A DNA stretch of 63,361 nucleotides, the filler included, from Perkinsus olseni (lineage: Eukaryota): the NCBI GenBank assembly GCA_013115125.1. It is 34 parts of 34 records of this genome, joined end to end, with 100 filler letters (N's around TTAATTAATTAA, not from the genome) between each part and the next. Parts side by side here need not be neighbours in the genome. Positions count along the whole stretch, not along the records: positions 61,621 to 63,361 come from JABANN010001761.1; 33 more parts are not named here. The stretch is one strand, 5' to 3'. Both the position numbers and the translations under genes were made by a program. Of the stretch, positions 61,692 through 63,361 are shown in pieces. Positions within the stretch are counted from its first letter, which is position 1. Every line of letters starts with the position of its first letter. The notes under the pieces are model-generated. The model did not search any database, was not told where the DNA came from, and saw only the letters and a list, made by a program, of their open reading frames with translations.

Positions 61692-63361
61692 TAATTTTTC
61701 GATTTGAAAAATTATGGCAACGCACGCATACTCCTTAAAATTTTATTGTTTACGAATGCTATTCCAAAGCCATGTGCGACTGCGGTATAAAATGGGCCGA
61801 CCGGGAGGCAAAGGTGACCACTTTGCAAGTCGATTCCCGAATCGTAGTGTGAACTGAGCTCGATTCGTCATAAAAAAGCAAGATTCGCTCGTAACCTTGA
61901 AAAGTTATCAGCGGCGCGATCGAGGATTTTCGATAGGAGACACTCCCGGTCGACGTCCTCGTCGTTAAACTATGCATGTCGAGCGACGGTAACTGAGTCC
62001 GGCTACATCTGGCTGATTTATAGTGCCGGGGGCCGTTGAATTCAGTTGGGCTGATGTGCCTAGCAAGAAGGGGCCGTACGCAGCCCCCCCGGATCAATAG
62101 AGTGATTCTGAAGCTTAGAAACGAATCTGGGATAGACTTTTACGCTGGAAATGCGACTCCACGTTCGATTCTGAGTCCAGAATTGGTTCATTAAACGACC
62201 CCAGCGACGATTGGCGCGCATTGGTGAACTGTCTGGAGCAGCCCCGCGGGTAATTTGGGCAGATCTGAGTTGATTCAATCTCTCCATTGGAAGAAATTTG
62301 ATTTAAACAGTTAGTCAATTACTGATTCTCAATTTTCATAGTTTTCTGGCTGCAGGTTTGTACGAGCGTTGGTGGCTCGAGTGGAAGCCTTTCAAAGTGG
62401 TGCATCAAAAAGTCTGTGCAACGCGAGGCGGTCATGCGAATCCACACGAATGGCCCAAACGATACTGGCCGACTGGATTCTCGAAGAAGGTCGAAAGATA
62501 CCCCATCAACGCACAGCGAAGGTTCTCTCTCAGATACGGATCGCCAACAGTGCTGAGTATGCTTTCAATCGGTATGGGTTTGATTACAGAATACCCAAAT
62601 GGGGTGGTTGACAGCTGAACAGCGCATGTGATTGTTTCTGTGAGTAGCGTTGTTGGCGTTGGAAGTTCTGAATATTCGTCGGTGAGCTTCGTGATGACCG
62701 CACAACGTCTGGTCTGGACCGCCGCGCAGGCTTTCTAAGGCATTCCCTTGCTATTATATCCAGTGTGGTGTTAACTCAATTGGCAAATCACTAGCATTGT
62801 CACTAGGTCTGACCGCGCAGACGCACGTCACTACGTCTGGACCGCCGCGCAGACGTAACGCCGTATTGCAGTTTGTGATTCACCCATCAAGGTTGAATAT
62901 CTCGAACTGGCTCCCTCTCCTTCGTCGCTGTGACACGAACGCGGCTGCTGTTGACGAACGCTGATGTGAGCAACACCGTACCGGACTTGAGCTGACTTAG
63001 TTTCGGAAACCGTTAGGGTCAAAGCGGATGTCACGCACGGACGATTGCTGAGTGCAGGGATCCTCATCAAGACATTTGGTGTCGGACCCCACCTCATTTT
63101 GCACCGTAAGCAATCGGCGCATAATGCGCGACAGAGTCGTGGCCTTCCTTGCCACTAGAGAGTGATTTTCGTAGTGTACCGTGGTTCTCGGACACCTTGA
63201 ACGAGGAGTTCGTTCCGCCCTCCTCTACCCCCTCCGTTCCGCACTCCGATAGGTAGACAGAATCCGTGACCGCAGCACCGTCCCGTCTTGCACGCGTGCA
63301 CCTTCGAGTGGCCGGCATGGTCATCCTCTAGACCACAATTGAGACCCTCCCAAGGTTGGCT

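Noticed and set aside
1..63361. Fanzor/TnpB, Cas, retron or other RNA-guided or defence proteins
   Set aside because: I recognised no RuvC, HNH or bacterial-type RT motifs by eye. An HMM search would be needed to exclude highly diverged fragments.

Overview
This window is not a contiguous locus. It is an artificial concatenation of 34 unplaced contigs of about 1.74-1.79 kb, sorted by decreasing length and joined by 100-nt spacers (N-run + TTAATTAATTAA + N-run), so adjacency across spacers means nothing. The DNA is eukaryotic, with many short (~45-65 nt) GT-AG introns. Its style suggests a protist, possibly a perkinsid alveolate, but that is inference only. About half the contigs are transposable-element fragments: LTR retrotransposons (gag/protease, RT-RNase H, integrase; some BEL/Pao-like), DIRS/Ngaro-type tyrosine-recombinase retroelement parts, a LINE endonuclease relic, a spliced MULE transposase, a recurrent Tc1/mariner-like terminus, a Helitron 3' end and a possible hAT-like end. 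Host genes I could reconstruct by hand are two tandem HMG-box genes, a VPS13 N-terminus, an ankyrin-repeat gene, a subtilisin, a DUF676-like esterase exon, a mitoribosomal mL53/mL43-like exon, a coiled-coil gene and several orphan secreted proteins. I found no CRISPR array, rRNA or intact tRNA, and no convincing new multi-gene system. The best leads are the scattered parts of a YR-retrotransposon, the ORF-less terminus inserted at GTA^CAG in two other elements, and the intron-joined W/Y-rich extension of the MULE transposase.
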